NCBI GenBank assembly: GCA_964410855.1
Contig: CAYPJC010000001.1
Coordinates: forward strand, 3,560 to 38,741
Reading direction: 5' to 3'
DNA: 35,182 nt
Source: an uncultured Flavobacteriales bacterium
GTDB lineage: Bacteria; Bacteroidota; Bacteroidia; Flavobacteriales_E; Vicingaceae
In this document: positions 18,305 to 27,125 of the stretch, in pieces
How positions within the stretch are numbered: position 1 is the stretch's first letter
Layout: every line of letters starts with the position of its first letter
Translations under genes and position numbers: made by a program
The notes under the pieces: model-generated
Told to the model about the DNA's origin: nothing
Databases searched by the model: none
The model's input: the letters and a program-made list of their open reading frames with translations, nothing else

Positions 18305-18997
18305 ATGAAATTTGGTGTTATTACTTTTCCAGGATCAAATTGTGATCAAGACATGATTTATGTTTTAGAAACAATCATGGGTTATACTGTTGAGCGACTT
18401 TGGCATAAAGAACCAACTCTAAAAGGGGTCGATTTTGTTGTACTTCCTGGTGGTTTTTCTTATGGAGACTATTTACGATCTGGCGCAATTGCAAACTATT
18501 CGCCAATTATGGCAGAAGTAATCAAACATGCAAATAAGGGTGGATACGTAATGGGTATTTGTAATGGATTTCAAATTTTGTGTGAGTCTAAATTACTTTC
18601 CGGAACCCTTTTGCATAATAATCATCAAAAGTTTGTTTGCAAAAATGTATTTCTAAAGGCGGATAATAACGCTTCAATTATTAATCAAGGAATTGATAAG
18701 AATGATGTATTAAAAATTCCAATCGCTCATGCCGAAGGGAGATATTTCGCAACCAATGATATGCTCAAGTCCTTGAATGATAACGAACAAGTGATTTACA
18801 AGTATTGCGATGAAAATGGTTTAATAACCGATGAGGCAAATCCAAACGGGTCATTGCAAAATATTGCAGGAATTTGTAATCCCGCCAAAAATGTTTTTGG
18901 AATGATGCCTCACCCAGAGAGAGCTGCTGATAAAGAGCTTGGAAATACAGACGGGTTAAGAATTTTTGAGTCTATGCTTTCTTTAGTAGGGGCCTAA
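18305..18997 (+). CDS. purQ: Phosphoribosylformylglycinamidine synthase, glutaminase subunit PurQ
   Basis: 230 aa. MKFGVITFPGSNCDQD, GGFSYGDYLR, GICNGFQIL (nucleophile Cys) and MMPHPER. Confidence 0.95.
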   Translation: MKFGVITFPGSNCDQDMIYVLETIMGYTVERLWHKEPTLKGVDFVVLPGGFSYGDYLRSGAIANYSPIMAEVIKHANKGGYVMGICNGFQILCESKLLSGTLLHNNHQKFVCKNVFLKADNNASIINQGIDKNDVLKIPIAHAEGRYFATNDMLKSLNDNEQVIYKYCDENGLITDEANPNGSLQNIAGICNPAKNVFGMMPHPERAADKELGNTDGLRIFESMLSLVGA

Positions 18998-19014
18998 AAC
19001 AAGAGCGAAATTCC

Positions 19015-19590
19015 TTATTTATATAAATTCATTTCCTCCACGTATTTTGCCACCCCATGAGGCATATAGTGCGAAACATTCTTGCCTTCTTTGATTGATT
19101 TTCTGATAAAGGAAGAAGAAATTTTCATTACAGGAGCTTCGACATAGTTAACTTTGAAATGTTTACGTAATCCACCTCCTTCATTAGCCTCTAGCCTCGG
19201 ATAAACATATAATTCATGGTTTTCTAAAATAACTTCATGATTTTTCCATTTATGAAAATGGTTTAGATTGTCTGCACCCATTATTAAAGCAAAGTCTTTC
19301 GTTGGATGTTTCTCTTTTAAATAAACCAATGTGTTAATTGTGAAGTTGGGCTGAGGTAAATCAAATTCAATATTTGAAGCCTTTAATCTATTGTCGTCAC
19401 CGATGGCTAGTTTCATAAGATGCAGGCGGTCGTAATCTTTAAGCATGGACTCTTTTTGCTTAAATGGATTTTGTGGACTTACGACCATCCAAATTTCTTC
19501 TAAATCTGTGTATTCTACCATGTAATTCGCTATAACCATGTGGCCAACATGAACTGGGTTATAGGTGCCAAAAAATAATCCAACTTTCAT
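19015..19590 (-). CDS. nadD: Nicotinate-nucleotide adenylyltransferase
   Basis: 191 aa. GLFFGTYNPVHVGH is the (H/T)xGH nucleotidyltransferase motif, and ISSSFIR is near the C-terminus. Confidence 0.9.
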   Translation of the reverse strand: MKVGLFFGTYNPVHVGHMVIANYMVEYTDLEEIWMVVSPQNPFKQKESMLKDYDRLHLMKLAIGDDNRLKASNIEFDLPQPNFTINTLVYLKEKHPTKDFALIMGADNLNHFHKWKNHEVILENHELYVYPRLEANEGGGLRKHFKVNYVEAPVMKISSSFIRKSIKEGKNVSHYMPHGVAKYVEEMNLYK

Positions 19591-19609
19591 TCAATCAATA
19601 ATATATGAG

Positions 19610-20173
19610 TTATGAATTCAAAAATTTATTTATAATAAAAAAAGCCCCTTCAACTGCTTTCTCAAGCTCATCATTTAATATAACATAATCAAATTGATCA
19701 GCAGTTATCAACTCTGTTTTCGCTTTATCTAACCTATTCAAAATCCTTTCTTCAGTATCTGTGTTGCGATTTTTTAATCTTTCCTCAAGCGCTTTTAAAC
19801 TAGGAGGCATTACAAAAATTGAAATGGCTTTTTCACCAAAATGTCTTTTTAGATTTAGACCTCCAACTACATCAACATCAAAAATAACGTTCTTCCCACT
19901 TTTCCATATTCTTTCAATTTCACTTTCTAATGTTCCATAAAAGTGATCTTTATATACCTCTTCCCATTCTATGAATTCATTGCTCTTTATTTTGTTTTTG
20001 AATTCATAAGCTGATAAAAAGTGGTAATCTATTCCATTTATTTCTTTACCTCTTTTTTCTCGAGTAGCAGCAGATATAGAAAATTCTAATTTCAATTTCC
20101 GTTGAAGAAGTGCTTTGACTATTGTTGTTTTCCCTGCTCCAGAAGGAGCAGAAAATATAACACATTTACCCAT
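19610..20173 (-). CDS. gmk: Guanylate kinase
   Basis: 187 aa. P-loop SAPSGAGKTT, then SATREKRGKEINGIDYHF, EWEEVYKDHFYGT. TAATG 1-nt stop/start overlap with yicC. Confidence 0.95.
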   Translation of the reverse strand: MGKCVIFSAPSGAGKTTIVKALLQRKLKLEFSISAATREKRGKEINGIDYHFLSAYEFKNKIKSNEFIEWEEVYKDHFYGTLESEIERIWKSGKNVIFDVDVVGGLNLKRHFGEKAISIFVMPPSLKALEERLKNRNTDTEERILNRLDKAKTELITADQFDYVILNDELEKAVEGAFFIINKFLNS

Positions 20174-21045
20174 TAGAGTACATTTAATACTTGTTCCTTA
20201 ATTTTTTCTAATTGATCTTTCATTTGAACGACCAATTTTTGCATTTCTGCATGATTAGCTTTTGATCCCAACGTATTTATTTCTCTTCCGATTTCTTGAG
20301 CTATGAATCCTAATTTTTTTCCTTGTCCTTCTTTTTCCGACATGGTTTTTTTGAAATAGTCACAGTGAGCTTTTAAACGAACTTTTTCCTCTGAAATGTC
20401 ATATTTTTCCATGTAATAAATCATTTCCTGTTCAAAGCGGTCTCTATTTATAGTCTCTTTTTGGGAAAGTTCTTCCAAATTAGTCAGAAGTCTTTTTCTA
20501 ACTATTTCAGTTCGCTCATCTTCATATTTTAATGCTTCTAAAAGTAAACCTTCAATAGATGATATGTGATTATTTAAATCAGTTTCTAATGCTTTTCCTT
20601 CGTCTTCTCTGAATTCAATGAGCGATTTAATGGCTTCCTCTAATATTAATTCAACACGTTTCCATTCTTCCTCTGCAAAAGACTCTTCAGTATTTTTTAT
20701 GACATCAGGTAATTTTAGAATGCTTTGAATTATATTAGAACTACTGATAGATAGTTCTTGTTCAATTTCTTTAAGTTGTTTATAATAACTTCTGAAAATT
20801 GATTGATCTATTTGATAAGAAGAATCTGCTTCTAAAGTTTCATAAGAAAGGTACATTTCTATTTTTCCACGATTGAGTTGATCAGCTAGTTTTCTCCTGT
20901 AGCTTAATTCCTTTTCCTTGAAACTAGAGGGAACTTTAACTGAAATATCAGTTTGCTTGCTATTTAGAGACTTAAGTTGAATGATGACTTTTTTGGCAGT
21001 TAGTTGTGCTTCTGCTTTTCCAAAGCCGGTCATGGATTGTATCAT
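20173..21045 (-). CDS. yicC: YicC/YloC-family protein
   Basis: 290 aa. MIQSMTGFG at the N-terminus and C-terminal GKKLGFIAQEIGREINTLGSKAN are the family hallmarks. The yicC-gmk-nadD gene order forms an operon. Confidence 0.9.
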   Translation of the reverse strand: MIQSMTGFGKAEAQLTAKKVIIQLKSLNSKQTDISVKVPSSFKEKELSYRRKLADQLNRGKIEMYLSYETLEADSSYQIDQSIFRSYYKQLKEIEQELSISSSNIIQSILKLPDVIKNTEESFAEEEWKRVELILEEAIKSLIEFREDEGKALETDLNNHISSIEGLLLEALKYEDERTEIVRKRLLTNLEELSQKETINRDRFEQEMIYYMEKYDISEEKVRLKAHCDYFKKTMSEKEGQGKKLGFIAQEIGREINTLGSKANHAEMQKLVVQMKDQLEKIKEQVLNVL

Positions 21046-21063
21046 CTATTTATTTTAAGTAGC

Positions 21064-21071
21064 CAAAGATA
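21064..21071 (-). promoter_or_regulatory. Candidate -7 box (TAnnTTTG on minus strand) for yicC-gmk-nadD
   Basis: Plus-strand CAAAGATA reads TATCTTTG on the minus strand and ends 18 nt before the yicC ATG at 21045. Confidence 0.4.
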
Positions 21072-21128
21072 ATTAAAAGATGAAGCAAGAAACGAAGGTG
21101 TTATGTTCAATTTAGGTAAAGGCAATGA

Positions 21129-22028
21129 TTAACTGATTTTTGCGACTACCTTTTTCTTTTTACTGACAAGATAAACACCAGTAAAAATTGCAGCAGTAGC
21201 AACGACTTTCACCCATGACAATTCATCCTTGCTTAATGATAACGCAAATAGTGTGGCTATTATGGGTTGTGAATATATGTAGGTACTTACTACAGTAGGG
21301 TTTAGCTCTTTTAATCCGTAGATATTTAGCAAGTATGCCAAAAAGGTTGTACAAATAATCACAAATAAGAAAGCTAGCCAAATTGGTGAAGTAAAACTTT
21401 CCCATTCGACGGTTAAAAAATCGTTGTAACCAAATGGAATAACAATTAGAAACCCAAATAAGAAAACCCATTTAATAACTGTTATCGGTTTATATTTTTG
21501 CATCAAGGGTTTTACAAGAACCAGATAAATAGCGTACGATGAAGCATTAAGAAATATAAACAAGTCACCCAATACATTGGATGGTGTAACACTCAAAGGA
21601 TTATTATAAAGAATTAAGCCAGCTGCTCCGGCCAATCCTAAAAAGATTCCTCCAATTTTTGAAACTGTAATTTTTTCTTTAATTAATATAGCAGAGATAA
21701 TGAGTACTAAGATGGGGTTACTCGTCATTATTATTGCAGCATTTATTGGACTTGTTAAATTGAGGCCGTAGAAAAACATTAATTGGTTTCCTGCAACACC
21801 AAATATTCCACAAGCGGCCATTCTAAAAAGATCCTTCCGATTTACTTTTTCTTTTTTTCCGAAGCTGCTGAATAACCAAAATAAGAAGAGAGCTCCAGAA
21901 ACTCTGCAGAATATAAACCCAAAGGGGGTTATATATTCAGGCATTAAATCTTTTGCAACCGTATAGTTTACACCATAAATTAGGTTTGCCCCTAGAAGAG
22001 CAAGATGAGCTTTTAGTAATCTACTCAA
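21129..22028 (-). CDS. DMT-superfamily (EamA-like) transporter
   Basis: 299 aa with 10 TM helices arranged as two EamA-like repeats. Confidence 0.8.
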   Translation of the reverse strand: MSRLLKAHLALLGANLIYGVNYTVAKDLMPEYITPFGFIFCRVSGALFLFWLFSSFGKKEKVNRKDLFRMAACGIFGVAGNQLMFFYGLNLTSPINAAIIMTSNPILVLIISAILIKEKITVSKIGGIFLGLAGAAGLILYNNPLSVTPSNVLGDLFIFLNASSYAIYLVLVKPLMQKYKPITVIKWVFLFGFLIVIPFGYNDFLTVEWESFTSPIWLAFLFVIICTTFLAYLLNIYGLKELNPTVVSTYIYSQPIIATLFALSLSKDELSWVKVVATAAIFTGVYLVSKKKKVVAKIS

Positions 22029-22035
22029 GGGGGTA

Positions 22036-22386
22036 TTAATTTAAGTATGCCTTTAATTCGTCAACCGTTTTAGAAGTATTACCGATAAAGATTTTATCGT
22101 CAAAAACAAAAACAGGTCTTTTTAAAAAAGTGTATTCTTCCAATATTAGCTCTCTGTAGTCAGTTTCATCTAGCTTCTTTGTATTTAAACCCATGCTTCT
22201 GTATTTCATTGCTTTTCTGCTAAAAAGAGCTTCAAAGCTGCCTGCCATATCTTTCATTATATCTAAATCTTCACCACTAATTTTATTAGCTTTGATATCT
22301 TGTAAAGTAAAACTAGGGTCTAGCTTTATTTCTTTTAGAATTCGCTTACAAGTAGAACAAGTGGATAGGTGAAAAGCCTTTCTCAT
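22036..22386 (-). CDS. ArsC/Spx/YffB-family (thioredoxin-fold) protein
   Basis: 116 aa. N-terminal HLSTCSTCKR (CxxC-like), then LFSRKAMKYR and LKRPVF, typical of the ArsC family. Confidence 0.75.
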   Translation of the reverse strand: MRKAFHLSTCSTCKRILKEIKLDPSFTLQDIKANKISGEDLDIMKDMAGSFEALFSRKAMKYRSMGLNTKKLDETDYRELILEEYTFLKRPVFVFDDKIFIGNTSKTVDELKAYLN

Positions 22387-22404
22387 TTTTCATTTTTTAA
22401 AAGT

Positions 22405-22412
22405 CAAAAGTA
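22405..22412 (-). promoter_or_regulatory. Candidate -7 box (TAnnTTTG on minus strand) for the arsC-family/eamA pair
   Basis: Plus-strand CAAAAGTA reads TACTTTTG on the minus strand and ends 18 nt before the ATG at 22386. Confidence 0.4.
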
Positions 22413-22429
22413 GTACAGATTAATTTTAA

Positions 22430-23470
22430 ATGACACAAAAGCCAAATGCATTAAAGCTTTTTTCTCCAGGCAGGATTTGGTTGACAATTCTCATTGGATT
22501 ATCAGTAGCTAGTTATATGCTGTATAGAAGTTATGATCCTTCTGCATTTATGAATGCCAGTTGGACTTGGCAAACTACCTTTTGGATTTTCATAGCATTA
22601 GTCATGATGGCAATCAGGGACTTTGCTTATATGGTTAGAATTCGAATTTTAACAGATTATAAACTAAACTGGAAGCAAAGCTTTCAAACCATAATGCTTT
22701 GGGAGTTTGCTTCAGCAATAACTCCTTCTGTAGTTGGGGGTTCAGGTGTAGCAATTTACCTCGTAAATAAAGAAGGAGTGTCAGTAGGTAGAAGTACTGC
22801 AGTGGTCATGACTACCGCATTTTTAGATGAGTTATTCTATATATTAATGGTTCCACTCATCATTTTGTTGGTGGGTTATAATAACTTATTTCCTGTTGCT
22901 CTAGAAAAAGAAGTATTTGGGATTACTTTAGGAACTCAAGGGATATTTCTGGTTGGGTATTTTTTTATTGTATTTCTGACTTCTACCATTTTATATGCTA
23001 TTTTTTTTAGACCTAGAGGGTTTAAATGGATATTGCTTCAAGTATTTCGATTGCCATTTTTAAGAAAATGGAGAGCAGGAGCAAGTGAAGTAGGAGATGA
23101 TATTATGGTGACTTCTAAGGAATTGAAAAGCAAACCAATCAGCTTCTGGCTAAAAGCTTTTACTGCTACTTTTTTCTCATGGACAGCGAGGTATTGGGTA
23201 GTGAATTTTATTATTCTTGGGTTTATTATGGTAGACGATCATCTTCTAATTTATGCGCGCCAATTAGTAATGTGGGTGATAATGTTAATTAGTCCAACAC
23301 CTGGCAGCACTGGAGTAGCAGAAATTGCATTTTCAGGGTTTTTAAAAGACTTTATACCTATTGGTTTGGCTGCTGCTTTGGCATTTCTTTGGAGATTGAT
23401 TAGCTATTATCCGTACTTATTTATTGGTGCAATTATTCTTCCTCGTTGGATAAAGAGAACACATTCTTAA
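22430..23470 (+). CDS. UPF0104 / lysylphosphatidylglycerol-synthase-TM-region-like (flippase-like) membrane protein
   Basis: 346 aa with about 8 TM helices. The overall pattern and C-terminal PGSTGVAEIAF...WRLISYY resemble the LPG_synthase_TM family. Confidence 0.65.
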   Translation: MTQKPNALKLFSPGRIWLTILIGLSVASYMLYRSYDPSAFMNASWTWQTTFWIFIALVMMAIRDFAYMVRIRILTDYKLNWKQSFQTIMLWEFASAITPSVVGGSGVAIYLVNKEGVSVGRSTAVVMTTAFLDELFYILMVPLIILLVGYNNLFPVALEKEVFGITLGTQGIFLVGYFFIVFLTSTILYAIFFRPRGFKWILLQVFRLPFLRKWRAGASEVGDDIMVTSKELKSKPISFWLKAFTATFFSWTARYWVVNFIILGFIMVDDHLLIYARQLVMWVIMLISPTPGSTGVAEIAFSGFLKDFIPIGLAAALAFLWRLISYYPYLFIGAIILPRWIKRTHS

Positions 23471-23506
23471 AGATGGGTATAACATACCTAGCCCTTTTGA
23501 AATCAT

Positions 23507-23514
23507 TAATTTTG
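23507..23514 (+). promoter_or_regulatory. Candidate -7 box (TAnnTTTG) for the metC/metB-type gene
   Basis: TAATTTTG ends 18 nt before TTG 23533 and 33 nt before ATG 23548. Confidence 0.35.
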
Positions 23515-23547
23515 TAAGCCAAAACATCAACTTTGGCGAAAAAAAAC

Positions 23548-24699
23548 ATGAGATTTGGAACAAAAGTTATTCATGCAGGATTAGAGCCAGATCCTACAAC
23601 AGGAGCTGTAATGACTCCTATATATCAGACTTCTACTTACCACCAAAAATCTCCAGGAAATCATAAAGGATTTGAATATTCTAGAACAAGTAACCCAACA
23701 AGGAAAGCCTTAGAAGATAATTTGGCAGCGCTGGAAAACGGGAGTTATGGCTTATGTTTTGGAAGTGGATTAGCTGCGATAGATGCAGTTTTGAAAATGC
23801 TAAATCCGGGTGACGAGGTAATTTCTACCAATGACTTGTATGGCGGATCTTACAGGCTTTTTACCAAAATATATGAAAAGTATGGCATAAAGTTCACTTT
23901 TGTTTCAATGCATGACATGTCTGAAGTTGAGAAGGCAGTTAGTGATAAAACAAAATTGTTGTGGGTTGAAACACCTACGAATCCGATGATGAATATTATA
24001 GATATTAAATCGGCTGCTTTAATTGCAAAAAAATACAATCTCAGCTTAGTAGTCGACAATACATTTTCTACTCCATATCTTCAGACTCCACTTGACTTAG
24101 GTGCGGATATAGTAATGCATTCGCTAACCAAATATATGGGAGGACATTCAGATGTAATTATGGGTGCTTTGATTTGTAAAGACGAAAAAATTGCAGAAGA
24201 ACTTTATTTTATTCAAAATAGTAGCGGAGCAGTATGTGGACCGCAGGACAGTTTTTTAGTTTTAAGAGGAATAAAAACATTGCATTTGCGCATGCAAAGA
24301 CATTCAGAAAATGGTAAATCAATAGCCCATTTTCTTAGGAATCACAGCAAAGTTGATAAAGTTTATTGGCCAGGTTTTGAAGATCACCCAAATCATGAAA
24401 TAGCAAAAGATCAAATGCGAGATTTTGGAGGCATGATTTCATTTACTCTTTTTGGAGACAAACAAGAAGATGCTTTTAAAGTGATGTCAGCTTTTAAGGT
24501 TTTTACCTTGGCAGAATCGTTAGGAGGTGTTGAGAGCTTAACTTCACACCCTGCTACTATGACTCATGCGGCTATTCCAAAGGCAGAAAGAGAAAAGTCT
24601 GGGGTTACGCCTTCTTTAATCCGCTTAAGTGTTGGAGTGGAGGATGTGCTAGATTTACAAGAAGATTTAGAACAGGCTTTAAGCCGCATTATGCATTAA
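23548..24699 (+). CDS. Cys/Met-metabolism PLP-dependent enzyme (cystathionine beta-lyase / gamma-synthase family)
   Basis: MRFGTKVIHAG..., YSRTSNPT, SLTKYMGGHSDV (PLP lysine) and LAESLGGVESL. The ORF track starts at TTG 23533; family N-termini usually resemble the ATG 23548 start. Confidence 0.9.
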   Translation: MRFGTKVIHAGLEPDPTTGAVMTPIYQTSTYHQKSPGNHKGFEYSRTSNPTRKALEDNLAALENGSYGLCFGSGLAAIDAVLKMLNPGDEVISTNDLYGGSYRLFTKIYEKYGIKFTFVSMHDMSEVEKAVSDKTKLLWVETPTNPMMNIIDIKSAALIAKKYNLSLVVDNTFSTPYLQTPLDLGADIVMHSLTKYMGGHSDVIMGALICKDEKIAEELYFIQNSSGAVCGPQDSFLVLRGIKTLHLRMQRHSENGKSIAHFLRNHSKVDKVYWPGFEDHPNHEIAKDQMRDFGGMISFTLFGDKQEDAFKVMSAFKVFTLAESLGGVESLTSHPATMTHAAIPKAEREKSGVTPSLIRLSVGVEDVLDLQEDLEQALSRIMH

Positions 24700-24714
24700 A
24701 ACTTTGTAATGAGG

Positions 24715-24769
24715 GTTGAAACTACAATAAAATATGACTTTTCCGTAGTTTCAGCATAGCACCGCTATG
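24715..24769 (+). other. Two adjacent stem-loops just downstream of the metC-type gene (possible terminator or RNA element)
   Basis: Stem 1 pairs GTTGAAACTAC (24715-24725) with GTAGTTTCAGC (24745-24755): 11 bp including one G-U, with a 19-nt loop. Stem 2 pairs CATAGC (24755-24760) with GCTATG (24764-24769): 6 bp with a 3-nt loop. No canonical U-tract follows. Confidence 0.3.
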
Positions 24770-24938
24770 GTTAAACTATAAAAAGTATTGGAACGGTATA
24801 TTTTGAAGCAGTTTCAAGACGTAATAAATTTTCTAATGCATGATGCGGGTTTAGGCATTCTTTAGTCGTTAATCAGACATGAAGCTTGTTTTTTTCTTGC
24901 AACGAATTGAACAAATCTTACGTTTGAATATTATATAT

Positions 24939-24946
24939 TAATTTTG
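24939..24946 (+). promoter_or_regulatory. Candidate -7 box (TAnnTTTG) for the M43 protease gene
   Basis: TAATTTTG ends 34 nt upstream of ATG 24981. A TTTG lies at 24923-24926, although its spacing is short for a -33 element. Confidence 0.35.
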
Positions 24947-24980
24947 AGCATATTCTTTATACAGGTCTAATAAAATAACT

Positions 24981-27125
24981 ATGAAACACACACTGACTCT
25001 GATTCTACTTTGCCTTATTATGAATTTTTCATTTGCTCAAGCAGAATGGTGTGCGACTGACCAAATGTTGGAAGAATGGTTCGAAAATCACCCTGAAGAT
25101 AGAGAACTATTCTTAAATCCACCGGTTCAAGAAGTTCAACAATCAAGAATAAAGGGTTCTCAAAATAATAAAGCTCCAAATTATATTATTCCAGTAGTAG
25201 TTCATGTCATTCATTTTAATGGAGATGGAAATATTTCTAAAGAGCAAATTGAAGATGGAATTAAAATTATTAATGATGATTTTAATAAATTAAATTCAGA
25301 TACGGCAAACGTAAGAAGTCCCTTTAAAAGTTTAATAGCTGATTCGCAGATTGAGTTTAGGTTGGCTCAAAAAGATCCCAGCGGCAAATGCACGGATGGA
25401 ATTAATCTGATTAACTCATTCCAAACATATAACAATAGGAATCAAGTTAAATCTTTGAGTTATTGGGATGCAAACAAGTATTTCAATGTATGGATAGTCA
25501 ATACAATTCAAAGAAGTGGAACTGGAAATATTTTAGGCTTTGCTCAATTTCCACGATTTGGAGCTAATGCTACCTATGGTATTGTTGTTCGAGAAGATGA
25601 ATGGGGTAGTATTGGTTCAGCATCTAGCAAAGATGGGCGAACGGTTACCCATGAGATGGGACATTGTTTTGACTTGCTTCACACCTTTCAAGGAGGATGT
25701 GGATTTAATTGCGCCACTTCTGGTGACCGAGTTTGCGACACTCCACCTCAAGCTTCTAGCCATAATAATTCCTGTGATACCACTTTAAATTCATGTAGTA
25801 ATGATGCTACAGGAGGAGGAACTTCAAATCCATATACGTCAAATGTTAAAGATCAACTGGAAAATTATATGGGTTATGGACTTTCTTGTTTAGCAATGTT
25901 TACCGAGGGACAAAAAACTCGGATGGAATCTGCTTTAACTCAAGTTTCTAAATTGGTCAACCTAACTAGGGCAACAAACTTAACTGCAACCGGAACTAAT
26001 AATGGCTACTTAGCTCAGCAGTGTGCCCCTGTAGCAGATTTTTATTCAGACTTGCAAATGGTTTGTGTGGGTGGGTCAATTAGCTTTACTGATGATTCAT
26101 ACAGAGATACCATCACTACTTATACTTGGAGTTTTCCAGGTGGAACACCATCTACTTCAAGTGCAGTTAGCCCGTCAATCACATATAATACGCCTGGGAT
26201 TTATGATGTTGAGCTAAAAGTGGAAAATGCTGCTGGAGCTGATTCGATGCTTATTTTAAATCAAGTGATCGTTAATGATACCATGAATAATATAAGTGGG
26301 TTTGGTTATTTCGAAGGGTTTGAGAATGCCTCCTCTTTTGCTGATTGGACAATTATTTCACCAACTGGAAACCCTAAGTGGGTAAGAACTGGTGTTGCTT
26401 CTTATGCGGGAAACTCTTCAGCTCTTATAAATAACTATATAGTTGAATTAGATAATATTAATGCTGTTCAATTTAACCAATTAATTTCTCCTCCTATTGA
26501 TGTAAGTCAGGTTATTAATCCAAGTTTGAGATTTAAGATTGCCTATAAAGCAAAAAATCTAAGCTCAGAAGATAGGTTTAAAATAGCATTATCAACTGAT
26601 TGTGGAGCATCTTGGTCTAGTAGATTTGTTGCTAATCCTGCAAAAACAACTCTTATTAGCTCTGGGAGGGAATCTAATAATTATATTCCAATCAGTTCTG
26701 ATTGGAAAACATTTACACTAAACAACTTGACTCCTGCTATGAGAAGTAGTAAAAATTTGTTAATTCGGTTCGATTTAACTTCTGGGGATGGGAATAATAT
26801 GTTTATCGATGATGTCGAGGTTGTGGGCGCTTCAGTTGTAGGCATTGATAAGAGCTTAGTAGAAAATAATTTATTCCTAATCTATCCAAATCCAACCGAT
26901 AATGGGTTTTATATAGAGATTGAAGATTCTGAATATTCTCAATCAGTAGAGATATTTATAACAAATATTTTAGGTAAAAGAGTCAAAGAAGTCTCTAATC
27001 AGGCGGACAATAATGAGAGGAAAATATATGTTGGAACTTCAGATTTAAGTCCTGGAATTTATTTCGTGAGTTATCAAAATGGAGCTAAGAGAATTACTAA
27101 GAAATTAATTGTTAATCGTCTTTAA
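24981..27125 (+). CDS. Secreted M43-family (pappalysin/cytophagalysin-like) zinc metalloprotease with PKD domain, beta-sandwich (MAM / choice-of-anchor-J-like) domain and T9SS C-terminal sorting domain
   Basis: 714 aa with signal peptide MKHTLTLILLCLIMNFSFA|Q. The zinc site HEMGHCFDLLHTF starts at 25650 (H224) and is followed by a Cys-rich segment. The PKD-like region is about 26019-26276 (YTWSFPGGTP...GIYDVELKVENAAG). The beta-sandwich is about 26298-26840 (FEGFEN...W...FIDDVEVVG). The T9SS C-terminal domain is about 26877-27122 (LIYPNPTDNGFYIE...LSPGIYFVSYQNG...KKLIV). Confidence 0.9.
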   Translation: MKHTLTLILLCLIMNFSFAQAEWCATDQMLEEWFENHPEDRELFLNPPVQEVQQSRIKGSQNNKAPNYIIPVVVHVIHFNGDGNISKEQIEDGIKIINDDFNKLNSDTANVRSPFKSLIADSQIEFRLAQKDPSGKCTDGINLINSFQTYNNRNQVKSLSYWDANKYFNVWIVNTIQRSGTGNILGFAQFPRFGANATYGIVVREDEWGSIGSASSKDGRTVTHEMGHCFDLLHTFQGGCGFNCATSGDRVCDTPPQASSHNNSCDTTLNSCSNDATGGGTSNPYTSNVKDQLENYMGYGLSCLAMFTEGQKTRMESALTQVSKLVNLTRATNLTATGTNNGYLAQQCAPVADFYSDLQMVCVGGSISFTDDSYRDTITTYTWSFPGGTPSTSSAVSPSITYNTPGIYDVELKVENAAGADSMLILNQVIVNDTMNNISGFGYFEGFENASSFADWTIISPTGNPKWVRTGVASYAGNSSALINNYIVELDNINAVQFNQLISPPIDVSQVINPSLRFKIAYKAKNLSSEDRFKIALSTDCGASWSSRFVANPAKTTLISSGRESNNYIPISSDWKTFTLNNLTPAMRSSKNLLIRFDLTSGDGNNMFIDDVEVVGASVVGIDKSLVENNLFLIYPNPTDNGFYIEIEDSEYSQSVEIFITNILGKRVKEVSNQADNNERKIYVGTSDLSPGIYFVSYQNGAKRITKKLIVNRL

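Noticed and set aside
21223-21471. 82-aa same-strand alternative-frame ORF inside the EamA transporter gene, and an 82-aa ORF at 25540-25788 inside the M43 gene
   Set aside because: They are out of frame within genes whose main frame has clear family motifs. No independent start context or motif supports them.
23471-23547. Possible SAM or other riboswitch ahead of the Cys/Met-metabolism gene
   Set aside because: The whole leader is under 80 nt and the likely promoter box is at 23507, which leaves too little RNA for any known SAM riboswitch fold. No conserved riboswitch core was seen.
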